A stretch of 64,000 bases of DNA from Phaeosaccion multiseriatum (lineage: Eukaryota; Protista; Ochrophyta, other classes). Below the pieces are notes generated by a model, which searched no databases, was not told the origin of the DNA, and saw only the letters and a program-made list of their open reading frames with translations. Of this stretch, positions 28,527 to 41,251 are shown piece by piece (within the stretch, counting starts at the first letter, position 1; the number at the start of each line of letters is the position of its first letter). The stretch covers positions 6,944,001 to 7,008,000 of the forward strand of contig OZ218950.1 in assembly GCA_965112735.1 (NCBI GenBank). The letters are read 5' to 3'. Both the position numbers and the translations under genes were made by a program.

Positions 28527-28948
28527 CTCTACTCTCTCCTCTCTACTCCTTCTCCCTACAAGAACCCACCAAGAAGAAGATGGGGGTGCCCGTGTTGCAA
28601 TGCAGACCCCACACACAGCACAGCAAAAGGAGTGATGAGAGAGAGAGGAGGAGGTAGAGGAGAGAGAGTGAGAGGGGATGGAGGAGAGGAGAGAAGACTT
28701 CGATATTTGCGGTCGATGATCTCGATTTCCCCAACAACTGAAACTTTTGATTATTGGACATCTTGGACGGTTGAGTGAAAAGAAAAGAAAAACATCTTTC
28801 TCCCAACATGCAGGCGAGGAGAGGTCCTGAGGGAGTTGCCAGGGCTCTTTCCCCTCTCTCTGTCCATCTCCCTCTCTTTCCCTCTCTCTGCCTCTCTCTC
28901 AACCCACCGTTCTCGATCGGGCCTTTTTGAGGAAGGGAGCCTCTCGTG

Positions 28949-31900
28949 ATGGGAAACACCGGAGGCAGAAGCACCGGGGTTGATGAAGGCGAGCAGCAAA
29001 AGCAAGGTCAGCAGCGGCGGATCGGCAAGAGTAGTTCCGTTCCTCACCTCCCCTCCTTCGAAGAAAGCTGCGCGACAGAGCGCACGAAGGTGAAGCGGGG
29101 TCACCTTGCGAAGCAAGCATGCGACGGACAAAGCTCGAGGCGAGGGAGGAAGGAGGGGTCATCAGATGTGGTATCTTCCTCTCTCCAGCGGCGGAGGCTT
29201 CTCCATTCCCAAAGCGCCCCTCTGGACCAGGAGAGGGACAGAGGGGACCGCAGAGCAGCAACAAAAAGAGGGGGAAAGAGAAGGATGAAGAGCGCCGTCT
29301 TGGGCGAAGCAACAGAGCCGGGTAGTAAACGAAATGCTGATGAGACCGCTTTCCTCGTGCCTCAGATTTCACCTCAGCCCTCGAGCGAGCGGCGACTGAG
29401 GCATGCCGTGGAGAGAGGAGACTACAACAGACTCAGCCTGTTGCTGGGACCAGGCAGGCCCTCTGACGACATGGTTGAAAGCACCAGGAGCCACGCACAG
29501 GCTCTCCCCCAACGCACCATCGCGAATCTCATGGTCATGGCGGCGGCGCAGGGGCAGCACCTCGACATTATGGAGCTTCTGTTGCAGCACGCAGACTCGG
29601 AAACCCTCCGCGATGGAGTGGGGGGGCAGCTCCCTCTTCACGCGGCGGCTGCGGCGGGTGCGTATGAGATGACTGCCTTGCTCTTGTCTGCGGGCATGAG
29701 CCACGCACAGCGAGACGCAGAGGGGAAGTCCGCCCTGCACCACGCTGCTGCACTGAGGCAAGCAGTGGCGGCTGACTGTGTGCACCTCCTGTGTTCGGCG
29801 GCTGCAGAGGCAGAGGCAGAGGCAAGGATAGGCGCAGGGAGGCGGATGGGCAGAGGAGAGGGAGGTTATGACAGCTTGTACGATGTGGAGGGGTGGGTGG
29901 ACTCGAGGGGGGACTCAGCGCTGCACGTGGCGGCGAGGAAGGGCGCAGTGGACGCTTTAGAGGCCCTGGTGGGCGTGGCGCTTACCTTTCGAAGGGGGCA
30001 GCAAAGGGCAAGGAGAGGAAGAGGTAGTGGTAGAGGAGGAGGGCGGAGGGAAAAGGGGTGGAAGGGCAGTGCCGTGATGAATGGGGAAGGAGACACAGCC
30101 ATGGCCCTCGCCCTGAGGAGCGGTTGTGATGAATGTGTGCACATTCTGGCCACAGGGAAGCGGAGGGAGGCGCGTCCTTCTCGCCGGATAGCGCGGCCTG
30201 TGGAAGGGGGTTTGGGCAGCACAAGTAGTAGTAGTAGTCTCAGGAAAGGGAGAAGGAGAAGGAGAAGTAGGGTGGAGAGGTGTGAGGGCCTCGATGGGCC
30301 GGGCGGAGGGGAGGGGGCTGTGGGTGGCGTTGAAATGGACACAATTATGGCCGTGTGGGCCACTTTCTTCGACAACGCCCTGCTGCGGGGGCTTTCGGAC
30401 GACTTTGAGTGGAACTCTGTCTCTGTCTTCGACGACGCGGATGCACAACTGGTGAGGGAAGGAGAAGAAGAACGCGGAGGGGCGGGGGGAGTACGGAGAG
30501 GTGAGAACGGAGCCCTGACCCTGACCGGGTTGTTCAGGGGAAGGGACGGACTGGAGAGCGAGCAAGCAAGGTTTGCCGGTAGAAGCGAAGCAAGCGGGAG
30601 ACTGCTGATGGGGAATTTGGCATGGCTGGAAGGAGCGGAACAGGAGTGCGGAGGTGGGGAGGGAGGAGGAGGAGGGAATGCAGAGGCAGCGAGGAGCATA
30701 CTCTCATCAGAGGCCGCCGAGACAGAGGGGGAGAGAGGGGCACATTATGCCGGACCTGGCGTGGGGGGCGTGGTGGGTGCAGATGGAGGAGAAGAGAGCC
30801 ATCTCGAGCCACCACCACTGAGTAGGTGGAGTGGTGCTAGGGTTAAGTCAGCACCTGGGTACGAGGCAGAGCGCTGCGAGAATGAAGGGCACGAGCAGCA
30901 GGTGGTGGTGGTGGTGGAGGAGGAGGGGAAACAAGAGGAGGAGAACAAGGAGGAGGGGGGGGAGGAGAAGGCGCGGAAGAGCGATGAAGGGTGGTTGGAG
31001 TGCTGGGACGAGTCGAGTGGTGCGACTTACTTCTTCCACCAGACCACGGCTGAGTCGAGATGGAGCAGGCCTGATGATTTTGGAGTACAGAGCGGGGTAG
31101 AGGGGGGAGGGGTAGAGACAGGACGACAGAGAGCAAGGGGGGTGCGAGAAGGCGAGAAGGCCTTCGTTGAGGGGCAGCGGCTCCATGGGAAGGGGGCTGA
31201 GGAGGAGAGAAATGCCATTGGGAAAGAAGGTATAGAAGAGGAAGGGGGGGGGGGGGAAGAGGAGGGGGAAGAGGAAGAGGAAGAGGAGGAGGAGGAGGAG
31301 GAGGAGGAGGAGCAGGAGGAGGAGAAGCAGGAGGAGGAGGAGGATGAGGAGGAGGAGGAGGAGGAGGAGGAGGAGCAGGAGGAGGAGGAGGAGGAGGAGG
31401 AGAAGAAGAAGAAGAAGAAGAAGAAGAAGAAGAAGAAGAAGAAGAAGAAGAAGAAGAAGAAGAAGAACAAGAAGAACAAGAAGAAGGAGGAGGAGGAGGA
31501 GGAGGAGAAGGAGGAGTGGACTCGATGCTGGAGCGACGAACACAGCTGTTGGTACCGGGTGAATACCACGACGGGGTTTGCAGAATGGGAGCAGTGGGGA
31601 AAAGAGCCGGCAGAGCAGCAGCAGCAGCAGCAGCAGCAGGAGCAGCCGGACGAGGAGCAGGAGCAGGAGCAGCAAGGTGAGTCTTCCGGGGGGGGCGCCC
31701 CTCTGTCTGCAGGTGGAGGTCGGGCGTCGCTTAGACCTGGAGAGGGCGAGCGACTGCGGTTGCCTCTCTCCTTCTCGCGCCTACAGGTGTGTGTGGGGCC
31801 ATCAGACGCTCACCAGAGGAGGGCGTGGGATGGTGTGGCGGGCGCATGGTACGTGTACGACACAGAGACGGGAGAGTCGCACTGGGACGAGAGGCAGTGA
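28949..31900 (+). CDS. Ankyrin-repeat and WW-domain protein (apparently single exon), possible N-myristoylation
   Basis: Ankyrin motifs LPLHAAA, GKSALHHAA, GDSALHVAARKG, GDTAMALA. WW-like segments GWLECWDESSGATYFFHQTTAESRWSRP, EWTRCWSDEHSCWYRVNTTTGFAEW and RAWDGVAGAWYVYDTETGESHW. Poly-E/poly-K tract. Confidence 0.75.
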   Translation: MGNTGGRSTGVDEGEQQKQGQQRRIGKSSSVPHLPSFEESCATERTKVKRGHLAKQACDGQSSRRGRKEGSSDVVSSSLQRRRLLHSQSAPLDQERDRGDRRAATKRGGKRRMKSAVLGEATEPGSKRNADETAFLVPQISPQPSSERRLRHAVERGDYNRLSLLLGPGRPSDDMVESTRSHAQALPQRTIANLMVMAAAQGQHLDIMELLLQHADSETLRDGVGGQLPLHAAAAAGAYEMTALLLSAGMSHAQRDAEGKSALHHAAALRQAVAADCVHLLCSAAAEAEAEARIGAGRRMGRGEGGYDSLYDVEGWVDSRGDSALHVAARKGAVDALEALVGVALTFRRGQQRARRGRGSGRGGGRREKGWKGSAVMNGEGDTAMALALRSGCDECVHILATGKRREARPSRRIARPVEGGLGSTSSSSSLRKGRRRRRSRVERCEGLDGPGGGEGAVGGVEMDTIMAVWATFFDNALLRGLSDDFEWNSVSVFDDADAQLVREGEEERGGAGGVRRGENGALTLTGLFRGRDGLESEQARFAGRSEASGRLLMGNLAWLEGAEQECGGGEGGGGGNAEAARSILSSEAAETEGERGAHYAGPGVGGVVGADGGEESHLEPPPLSRWSGARVKSAPGYEAERCENEGHEQQVVVVVEEEGKQEEENKEEGGEEKARKSDEGWLECWDESSGATYFFHQTTAESRWSRPDDFGVQSGVEGGGVETGRQRARGVREGEKAFVEGQRLHGKGAEEERNAIGKEGIEEEGGGGEEEGEEEEEEEEEEEEEEEQEEEKQEEEEDEEEEEEEEEEQEEEEEEEEKKKKKKKKKKKKKKKKKKKKKNKKNKKKEEEEEEEKEEWTRCWSDEHSCWYRVNTTTGFAEWEQWGKEPAEQQQQQQQQEQPDEEQEQEQQGESSGGGAPLSAGGGRASLRPGEGERLRLPLSFSRLQVCVGPSDAHQRRAWDGVAGAWYVYDTETGESHWDERQ

Positions 31901-31903
31901 CGA

Positions 31904-31905
<2 letters not shown>

Positions 31906-31958
<53 letters not shown>

Positions 31959-31959
31959 C

Positions 31960-31999
<40 letters not shown>
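31906..31999. repeat. (CAGA)n microsatellite
   Basis: Seen directly after the stop codon at 31900. Confidence 0.95.
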
Positions 32000-32000
<1 letters not shown>

Positions 32001-32700
32001 GGCATATGGGCAGACAAACAGACAGAGGCGTATAGGCAGACAAACAGACAGAGGCGTATGGGCAGACAGATGGTGCCAGAGAGTTGTGCAGGCCAGCAGC
32101 AGCGAGGAGTACATACGTATGCACATATGTACGCAGCCCCGCCATGTGGCTGGCGAGCGTTTCATAATATATTCATCAAGCCAACCTTTTCACTTGCGAC
32201 TATTGTACGGCCCACCCATTGCTCGACCCAAACTCCACCGCGGCGAAGGAAGGAGATGAGGCGGATGGCAGCGGATGGCAACAGGGCGATCCGTCATTAC
32301 AAAGGTCAAGGCCCCAGGTATCGGCACCAGGGCCCTCCACACGCACGCACACGCGCTCCCAGCCCCTTCCGCCCCCCCCTCTTGTTCTCACCCGCTCTCA
32401 CCATGCTCTCCTCCAGCACCGTCCACTCCCCGTCCTGCTTGTCGGCATCATTATCATCATCATCACCGTCATCCCCTCCCCCTCCTGAGCGATAGCGGTG
32501 GTAGGCAGTCGCATAGCCTCGGGTAGTGCTCTCCACGCTGGCGCCCTTCCTCTTTGTGGCAGTGGGGCAGCACCGACTCCTTCTGCTGGTGATCCTGCCA
32601 CCGCCTTCTGCGGCCAGCGGGATAGGGAGCTCTCGAATGGCGTTTCAGTTTCAGCTCATCGGGAGGAGGGGGGCTCATGTGGTCTCGTGTGAGAGAGGGG

Positions 32701-33278
<578 letters not shown>

Positions 33279-33764
33279 TCGCCCAGTTGAGCAGTTTTGG
33301 TCACGCGTCCCAGGTAGGGGTGGGTAAGGAATTTTAGTGGCACTGCAATACACCAAATCGCCTTTTAGATGTCTCGATCTCTCTCTTCTTATAATTGTAT
33401 AGTTTACTCTATATGTATTTTTTTAATTTTAATTCTAAAAGCAAGAGACCCCCCACAGTGGCGAGCAAACCCCCCCACTCCCTCTTCCTTCCGGCCCTCT
33501 TCCTTAGTGCGCTCTTAGAATACACGCGCACTCAAGCCCCTACTTACACTCACCCACACCAAAACACCCCACACACAAGCATGTCCTCTGCCCTGTCCTG
33601 TCGGCCGTTACACAGCCCCTCTCTTCCCCCCGAGGGACTCGACATCGACTCAAGGGGAGGCGCGCATGGCCCGGGCTCAAGCAATTCGCGATTGCTACCT
33701 CCCTCCCACGGCACAGCAGTTGGTGATACAGCAAGGCAGGAGCCCATCTCGTGGGACGGAGCGC

Positions 33765-35436
33765 TCAACAATCTCCGTAGGACGTAGGCCGGAACGGTTT
33801 CATCGGCACACCCGCGTAGTCCCAACACCAGGCAGCGCTTTCCCCGGCCACGATCATGCCCCCCCCTCCTCCTCGTGAGGCTCCTCCTCCTCCTCCTTCT
33901 TCTTCTTCTTCTTCTTCTTCTCCTTCTCCTCCTCCTCCTCCTTCTTCTTCTTCTCCTTCTCCTCCTCCTCCTCCTCCTCGTCCTCCTCCTCCTCCTTCTC
34001 CTCCTCTCCTTCCTCCTCCTCCTCCTCCTCTCGGTCCTACAGCGAGAGGACGGAAGACTTGTCCTCGACAGGGTTGAGAGTTGGCCCCAAAAACTGTACA
34101 GGGCTTGACAATGGTGCCTCCAATGATCTTACTCCCCACTCCCACCACCGAGGAGTGTCCAATACGGATGGGCAGGACCTCAAAGTGGCCCGGCCACACA
34201 GCATGAGGAGACAGAACGGCGCCTCCTGATAGCATGACCCCTTCCCCGAGCGATAGCAGGTGGTAGTCCAGCAGCCCACGCTCCGTGTCCACAAAGACCG
34301 AGGCAGCCACCGCCCCACCCTGCAGCCGCATATAGACAGGCAGGAGTGGAGTGCCCCGCATCCACGTCACAAACGACCCGCCCAGGGCATTGAAGTTGCT
34401 CGTGGCGGTGTGGCAGCCGCTCATCCAGCTTGGGGACATGTAACGGCCCGCTCGGATCCTTCCCATCACCGCCATGGCGACGACGCTGCACAGACAACCA
34501 ACTGCTGCAAACACGAGCAGGGCCACGGGAAGGAGCAGCGTCTGGGTATCGAACCTCGCCCACATGTCGTGAGCCGCCCCTGCTGTGGGCATGGAGGCAT
34601 GTGGGTAAGCCTCCCTCCGCTCGTCTTGCCACTCGTCAATGGGACCTTGGAACAACGAGAGGAGCTCGACGGCGGCAGCAGCGCAGCCGAACAACCGACA
34701 CACTGGGGAGGGCGGGTCGGGAGTGGGGGGGAGAGAGAGAGAGAGTGGGACAGCGAGGAAGCGTTAGGGGGAATCGACACGCACGCGGCCCCATTCTGAG
34801 GCCGGTATGCATTGAAAGGGGAAGGGGGAGGGAGAGAAATGGCATCTTTGCTGCAGGGAAGGCGCGAGAGGAGACGAGGCGTGAAGGTACGCTTTCAGTA
34901 AGTCAATGAGTCAGTAAGCCAGCCAAACTGCGTCCTCTGAGGCCCTCACCGTGCAGAGCGGCAGCGAGCAACGCCCAGAGGGAAGCCACCCCGAAAGGTG
35001 CCTTCGGCATGAGCTGCTCCTCCGCTTGCTGCTGCTGCTGGAACACGAGCCGAGAGCCTACCACCCCCCCCCCTCCTCTTCTTCTTCCTCCGCGTCTTCC
35101 TGTCGCCACGCGAGTTACTCGCGCGGGGATGCCCGTCGTTGTCGCTTCCAAGGGCACCACAGTCTGCTTGGTATACGCACACACACGTACACACACACAT
35201 GGAGCGAGAGTGAGCGAATGAAGGGAGGGAGGGAGAATGGGCGAGGCCCCGCCAAATGTGTGTGTCCGTGCGTTAAAAAAAGCAGAGCGAGGCGCTAGGG
35301 GGGAAGGAGCAGAGCAGTCTCGACAACTCTGAGTGAGTGAGTGAGTGAGTGAGTGAGTGAGTGAGTGAGTGAGTGGGTGAGTGAGTGAGTGAGTGAGTGA
35401 GTGGGTGAGTGAGTGAGTGAGTGAGTGAGTGAGTGC

Positions 35437-35503
<67 letters not shown>

Positions 35504-37306
35504 GTAACAATAACACTACCACCACCACCCTCACCACCACCAATAAACAACAACCCCAGTCAGCAGCTCCCACCTTCTCGCTGACCCAAGAGAGCGAGCT
35601 AACGAGCGCCAGCGACTCCACCCTGCTGCCTGCGCCCACGATGCTGTCGTCGCCCACAGCAGCCCCCACCTCCACCGTACACCCGGTGAGCACTCCCCTC
35701 TCGCTCTCCGTCAGCAGCAGGGCCGCCCGCCCCACAATCGTATTGGCTTTGATACGAACCGTGTCAGGGTCCGTGAGCACCACCCCAGCTCCTAGGAGCA
35801 CGGAGGAGTGAATGCCCGCCCCCAGGAGGCGGTAGTAGCCCACCAGTATCTCTGTGGAGCTGAACCAATTCATGAGCACCGTGTCGGAGGTCCGGATGAT
35901 GCGGTTCGCTGTCTCTCTCCGTGCGCGGGCGAAGGGGCTGAGAGCGGGCACCTTGGTTCCTCTCTGCTGCTTGCCTACGAGCAGCCACTTGAGCAGAATG
36001 GTGATGCACACGGCCGTGACTCGGATCAGGGCCATGTAGAGGAAGAGCAGGAGGAGTGCGGTGTAACGGCCGAGATTGAGGCTGTCGGACACGTGTAGCT
36101 GCAGCCAGATGCACAGTATCAGCCCAGGGGCGAACTAAGGGGCGGATTGGGTGCATGGGAGGGAGGGAGGGAGGGAGGGAGGGAGGGATGGGGGGGGGGG
36201 GAAGGAGAGAGGGAAGGAGAGAGATGGTGAGGGAGGCAGGGACGGTGAGGGAGCAACCACAGACTCAGCTTAGAGCACGAGAATGCTCCCCTCCTCCCTG
36301 TACCATCAACATAATCTCGATATAACCGAGAATAACAAACTCAAACTCAAACTAGTCCCTCCGCTCCCTCACCATGGCAACATAGCACAGCCATAGGAGA
36401 TGTGCCTGCAGCAGCGACTCGGCTATACTCAGCCCCCCGCTCCTGCTCCTCCCGCTACTGTCGCTGCTGCTACTGCTGCTGCTGCCACTGCTGGTCCTTG
36501 TAATACTCCAGGTGGAATCCCCACTGGTAGCAACGGGGACGGCAGCAGCCGGACTGCCCTGATAGGCACGCTGACTCGCCAGACAGGCGCCCGGAGGGAC
36601 AGCGCTGCGAGTGCGGAGACTCACTCCTTCCTCGAGAGTAGCGTCTCCGTGGACCACGCTAAAGGCGTCGAGGCGACATCTGGGCCCGATCTTGACCTAA
36701 GCACGGGGCAGGGGATGCCAGTGGAGAGGCGGTGGATGGCAGTGGATGGCAGTGGATGGAGCGGTCGATGGCAGTGGAGGGGCGGTGGGGAGAGCGGCGG
36801 TGGGCAGACGAGGGGGAGAGGAGGGTGTGAGTGAGTGAGTGAGTGAGTGAGTGAGTGAGCGAGGGTCCGTTGGGGGGGGGGGGGGCTGTGGCATATGCTC
36901 CCTTCCAAATACAACACAAGGTCAGTGGTGGTATGTTTGTCTTCTCTTCCCTCTCCCCCTGTCTTCTCTCCTCTCCCCTCTCTTTTTCGCATCCTCTTCC
37001 CGCTCTCCCCTTGCCACAAGAAGCGTACACCTCCACCTTCGCTCACTCCTCCTCCCCGTTCTCTCTCACCTTCCCGTATCTTAGCCTCATTCTCCCAAGG
37101 AGAGACTTGGGTGCGAGTACGGCCCGCTCGTTGATGGAGCAGTCGCTGCCGATGTCCACGAGGTCGAATTCGCTCAAGCGCACCTGTAAATGGAGAGGCA
37201 TCGACACATTCGACATTCGATATATTCGAGGTCAATATACTGAAACTGAAACGGAAACTGAAAACACGCTGGCCTCCTCTAGTCAGCAATAGCAGTCCTC
37301 CTCCTC

Positions 37307-37345
<39 letters not shown>

Positions 37346-39646
37346 CTACTCCTACTCCTACTCCTACTCCTACTCCTACTACTACTACAACGACTACTCT
37401 CTCCTGCCTGCTATCACGCGTGCATGCACTCACCCCCGTAAGGTCGGTGCCTGTGCCAATCTTGGCGCCGAGGAGGCGGTACAGGGGCACGAGGAATACA
37501 GAGTCCCTCAGGGCACCGAGTGCGACGGGGTAGAAGAAAAAGCCCAGGAATAGCTCCACCGTCCAGCTGAGAGGGGGGAGGGATGGTAGTGGATGTTAGT
37601 GGATGGGGGGGAGGGGGGGAGGGAGAAGGAGAGGAAGAGGGGGAGGGGGAGGGGGAGGGGAGGGAGAGGGAGAGGGGGAGGGAGAGGATAGGGGGAGGGC
37701 GGAGGGAGAAGGAGAGGGAGCGAGAGGGGGAGGAGGGAGGGGGGGGGGAAGAGTGAGTGAGTGAGGCCGAGGAAGGCGAGGGCGAGACCAGTGCCGCTTA
37801 CGTAAAGCACGACCCAAGGCTCCGCCTCCTCCCTCCTCCTCACCAGCGCAGGTGGTAGCCGCTGTAGATCTTGTGTTCACCGGCGCGATACCTCCCGACC
37901 ACCAACCACTTTGTCGCAATGGAGGCCAGCAGGGTGGTCACCAAGAAAGCAAGGAAGCCCAGGGCAAGGGAAACAGTGATGAGCACGAGCGGGCAGGCCG
38001 TGTCCAGCAAGGCCTGCAGAGACGACAGAGTGTACGCCTCGATGCCGCGGCTTCCTTGACCTTCGTGTACTTCGAGCAGCTTCATGCCCTGTGAAGTAGA
38101 GCGGTGAAGCAATGAAGCAGTGAAGTAGTCACGGGCAGAGAGAGGAGGGGGGGGGTGGGGAGGATGAGGGGCGGAAGCGTTGGCGTGGGGCATGTGCACA
38201 ACAGTGTGAGAAACAACCGCCGCAACTCTTCACTCCCCTCCCCGTCTGAACTCTGGAGCGTTTCGATATCGAGATGCTCGACACGACGTTGATCGAGGGC
38301 CAATTCAACAGACACTGAAAGTAAAACTCAAACCTATCGCACACACCTGGAAGAGATTGAGCAGCGGCACACCGGACACCCACAGCACCACCGTCAGCGG
38401 CACTTTCGCGAGCAACACGAGCACCAAGAAGGCCACTGCCAACAGCGACGCTATCTGCACCAGCCCCACCCCAGCCAGTCGGCAGCCGCTCATGTGACCC
38501 AGTTCAGCCTTCCGAGAGGAGGGTATATGGGCATCCTGCGCCTCCTGCCACTGGTGCAAGGGGTTTCCCTCACCACCCTGATCATGGCTCTGGCCCTGAC
38601 CCTGACCTCGAACCCTGCTGCTCCTGCCATCGGACAGCCCAGGTCCTCCACCTCCCCCTCCGCCTCCTGCTGCTCCTCTTCCCTCTCCTCCCATCCTCCC
38701 CGTTGCCCTCGTCTCGCATGTCTTGCTGATGAGGCTGGCAAAGGCCCTTAGGCTTGGGTTGTCGAAGAGGGCAGCGGGCGTGATGGTGGCGCGGATCTTT
38801 CTAGCAGCCGCGTGCCGCACCCAGTCCGCTGTTGTCGTTGTCGTTTCCCCTCCTCCTGCTACTGTTCGTGAGATTCCTCTCGATCCCCCCCTTGATCCTC
38901 CCCCTTCCCCCCCCCCTCCTCCTCCTCCTCCTCCCCCTTCCCCCCCTCCTCCTCCTCCTCCTCCTCCTCCTCCTCCTCCCCCTTCTTGCCTGGCTGCTGC
39001 TAGCGCGTGCTCGAAGCTCCCCCCTCCTCGAATGGCACTAGCCACGCCCCCTACGCTCCCCACATGCCCAGCGCTAGACGCCCTGTCCGGCCTCACCCAT
39101 GCCCTTCCTCCCAGTCGCCCTCCACTTCTCTCTGACGGCTCTCTTCCTCTCGCGGAACCCATCGAAACCGGATTCGTTGTAACCGTCGTTGTCGCCAGTT
39201 GGGGGGGATACTCTCCTACCCATGCCGCCGCCGCCGCCACCGCCGTCGCTGCCTCAGCCGAAGCCAACACAGGGGGAGAGTTCGGTCGAAGAATGCTGCG
39301 CTGGCAGACGCTCCTAATGTCTCTCGAGCCCGAGCCAGGGGCAACAGGGCCGGCAGAAGAGGGCCCCGACCCCACCCCCCTGCCGACCACATCGTCCACG
39401 ACCCGCTTCACGAAGGCCTCGATGGCCCACGCGTCGTAGCAGAGCAAGTGTAGCAGTTCGGTGTCCGGCACGGACAAGAGGCCTTGCGTCGCACCTGGGG
39501 AGATGGGCATCGCATCATCCTCTCGGCGGCCACCAACGACGGTGGACTGGTCCTTCCCTTGTCCTTGTAATTGTTTGTTGCGCGAGCTGCTGTCCCCGTC
39601 CCTGTCCCCCACCTCGTCCTTCTCGGCGTGTGAGGCGGAAGCACCG

Positions 39647-39679
<33 letters not shown>

Positions 39680-41204
39680 TCACCAGCTGGTGATACGCCC
39701 GGACCGCCCAAGCCACCGCTCCTAAGGGTTGAAGCCGAGAGTAAGTGAGGTGTGATCACTGAAGGTGCGCCACCCACGCTGCCGCTCATCCGCCCGGCCG
39801 CTGCCGCTGCGCCTGCGACCCCTTCGCCTCCGTCTAAGCCCAGCTCCAAGTCGATCGCCAACTGTGACTCTCTCTGTGACTGTGTCGGAGGTGGCAGCTG
39901 ATGGGCCACACCGCGGAGTGCCTCCATCACAATCAAACAAATTGCCCTGACCCGCTCTGAGGAAGCCATGACTTGCAGCGCCGGCAGCTTGCCCGCGCCG
40001 ATGTGACTGGCTCCGCTACGATTGCTGCTGTTGATGCTGGTGCTGCTTGGTAGACCTGTACCCGCGTTGATGTTGCTGCTGCTGGCGTGCCAGTTCCACG
40101 GATCGCTCAGGTTACGGAGTATAATCTCTTGACCTTGACCCTGACCCTGACCCTGACCCTGACCCTGACCCCGAACCTGACCCTCACCCTGACCCTCACC
40201 CTGACCCTCACCCTGACCCTCACCCTGACCCTCCTGTCGTTCTAGTTCCTGCCTCTCGCCGCCCTCTCCATCGCTTGATGGCCCCAAAGACAGCATCCTC
40301 TCCTCATGGGCAGCAGAGAGGGCTTGCCCACCTCCTTCTCGTCCTCCCCTGCCCCCTCCCCCTCCTGCTCCTCCTGGTACTCCTCCTCCTTCAAAAGTCG
40401 CCATTTGCACCATGTCCTCAATCTCTCTCCCATTGTCCAACACGGCAGAGCTGTTCGAAGTGAGCAAGGAAGACAGGCCCTCACTAATGTCACTGCTGCT
40501 ACTACTGCTCCTGCTCCAGCTACTGCTCCTACTCCTACTCCTGCAGCCGGACCAATCAATATCGTCGCCGATGAGGGGTAAGGGGAAGGAGCGTCGGGAC
40601 TCGAAGCCCCGCCAGGCCGAGGCAGGGGCGGGAGCTAAGGACGAGTGTCTTTCTCTCCCCCCCCCTCCTGCTCCTACTGTCGACCCTCTGCTCAGGACGA
40701 CGTGGGCGCACACCCCATTCTCTCCAAAGGAGTTGACTCCAGCTATAAGTACCGGGAGAGCGCGACCACCAAACCTGACCACACCTCCTCCTCCTCCTCC
40801 CACCCCTCCTCCCCCCTCTCTGAGCGGGGCCTGCAGAGGGGTCATCCTTGTGGGGAGGACGAAGGGAAGGCTTCCCAGTTGAAGCTTGGGATTGATCTCA
40901 CTCAGATGGAGGTTGGGTGGGGCCGCCCCGTGCTGCAGCACCAACACGGCCTTGATGAGCTGTGCCATTCCCGAGGCTCCCTCCATGTGGCCGAGGGAAG
41001 TTTTGAGAGTGCCCACCACCAGAGGGGATGCCCTGCCGCTACCCTCTCCGAAGACGGCCTTGAGAGTATCTGGTGTCAGGTGGTCAAGTGCCAGGGTAGA
41101 GGAGGGAAGACCGCGTGAGTGAGGGCGTCCAACAGAAAACTGAAATCGACATGGGACACACAAAAAGAGATGGGCAGAAAAACAAAAGATACACACAGAA
41201 CTAC

Positions 41205-41251
<47 letters not shown>

